DNA of 64,000 nucleotides. Origin: Bigelowiella natans CCMP2755. Its lineage: Eukaryota; Protista; Cercozoa. Both the position numbers and the translations under genes were made by a program. The stretch covers positions 18,811 to 82,810 of the forward strand of contig ADNK01003065.1 of NCBI GenBank assembly GCA_000320545.1, written 5' to 3'. Positions within the stretch are counted from its first letter, which is position 1, and each line of letters starts with the position of its first letter. Below are positions 63,853-64,000 of the stretch, one piece after another. A model generated the notes under the pieces. The model did not search any database, was not told the DNA's origin, and worked only from the letters and a program-made list of their open reading frames with translations.

Positions 63853-64000
63853 TTTTCCAATATCGATAACATTGTTCCTTTCCACCTCTCTTCGCTCCGA
63901 ACTCCCCCTCCCCACCCCCGAAAAAAAAAGAAAGAGGAAAAGGGTGGGTGTGGAGAGAGGGAGAGAAAGCGCGATAAAACACACACACATTGTGCCTCCC

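Noticed and set aside
332-63990. Many short ORFs with CVCVCV, THTHTH, YIYIYI, ERERER or poly-M/I/H runs
   Set aside because: They are translations of intronic microsatellites, not proteins.

Overview
Eukaryotic nuclear DNA: gene-dense, intron-rich and full of microsatellites. Signal-plus-transit-peptide leaders suggest an alga with a secondary plastid (chlorarachniophyte-like; inference only). Hand splicing supports about 14 protein genes and one tRNA-His(GUG). The genes are: a coiled-coil protein (partial), a plastid/lumen cyclophilin, an intronless VP39-type cap 2'-O-methyltransferase homologue, a GT8 glycosyltransferase, a TBC Rab-GAP, an ArfGAP-C2 protein, a SUMO-like/AP2-like/UBA/C2H2 multidomain protein, a class II HDAC, a hypothetical protein, a TALE homeobox gene, a head-to-head sulfotransferase/fucosyltransferase-like pair, a claudin-like protein, a plastid-targeted SAP-domain protein and a ROK fructokinase. 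The most striking unexplained signal is a set of islands, mostly at gene 3' ends, where TpA is almost erased (about 660 bp without a single TA at 19895-20558). Most surviving TAs are in CTA or TAG context, CA/TG is abundant and the ORFs there lack tyrosine. This looks like a targeted TpA->CpA/TpG hypermutation or base-modification system, opposite in direction to fungal RIP. Other highlights are the apparently catalytically dead VP39 homologue with an RGG tract and a tail-anchored fructokinase. All gene models were spliced by eye, so boundaries are approximate and family calls rest on recalled motifs, not database searches.
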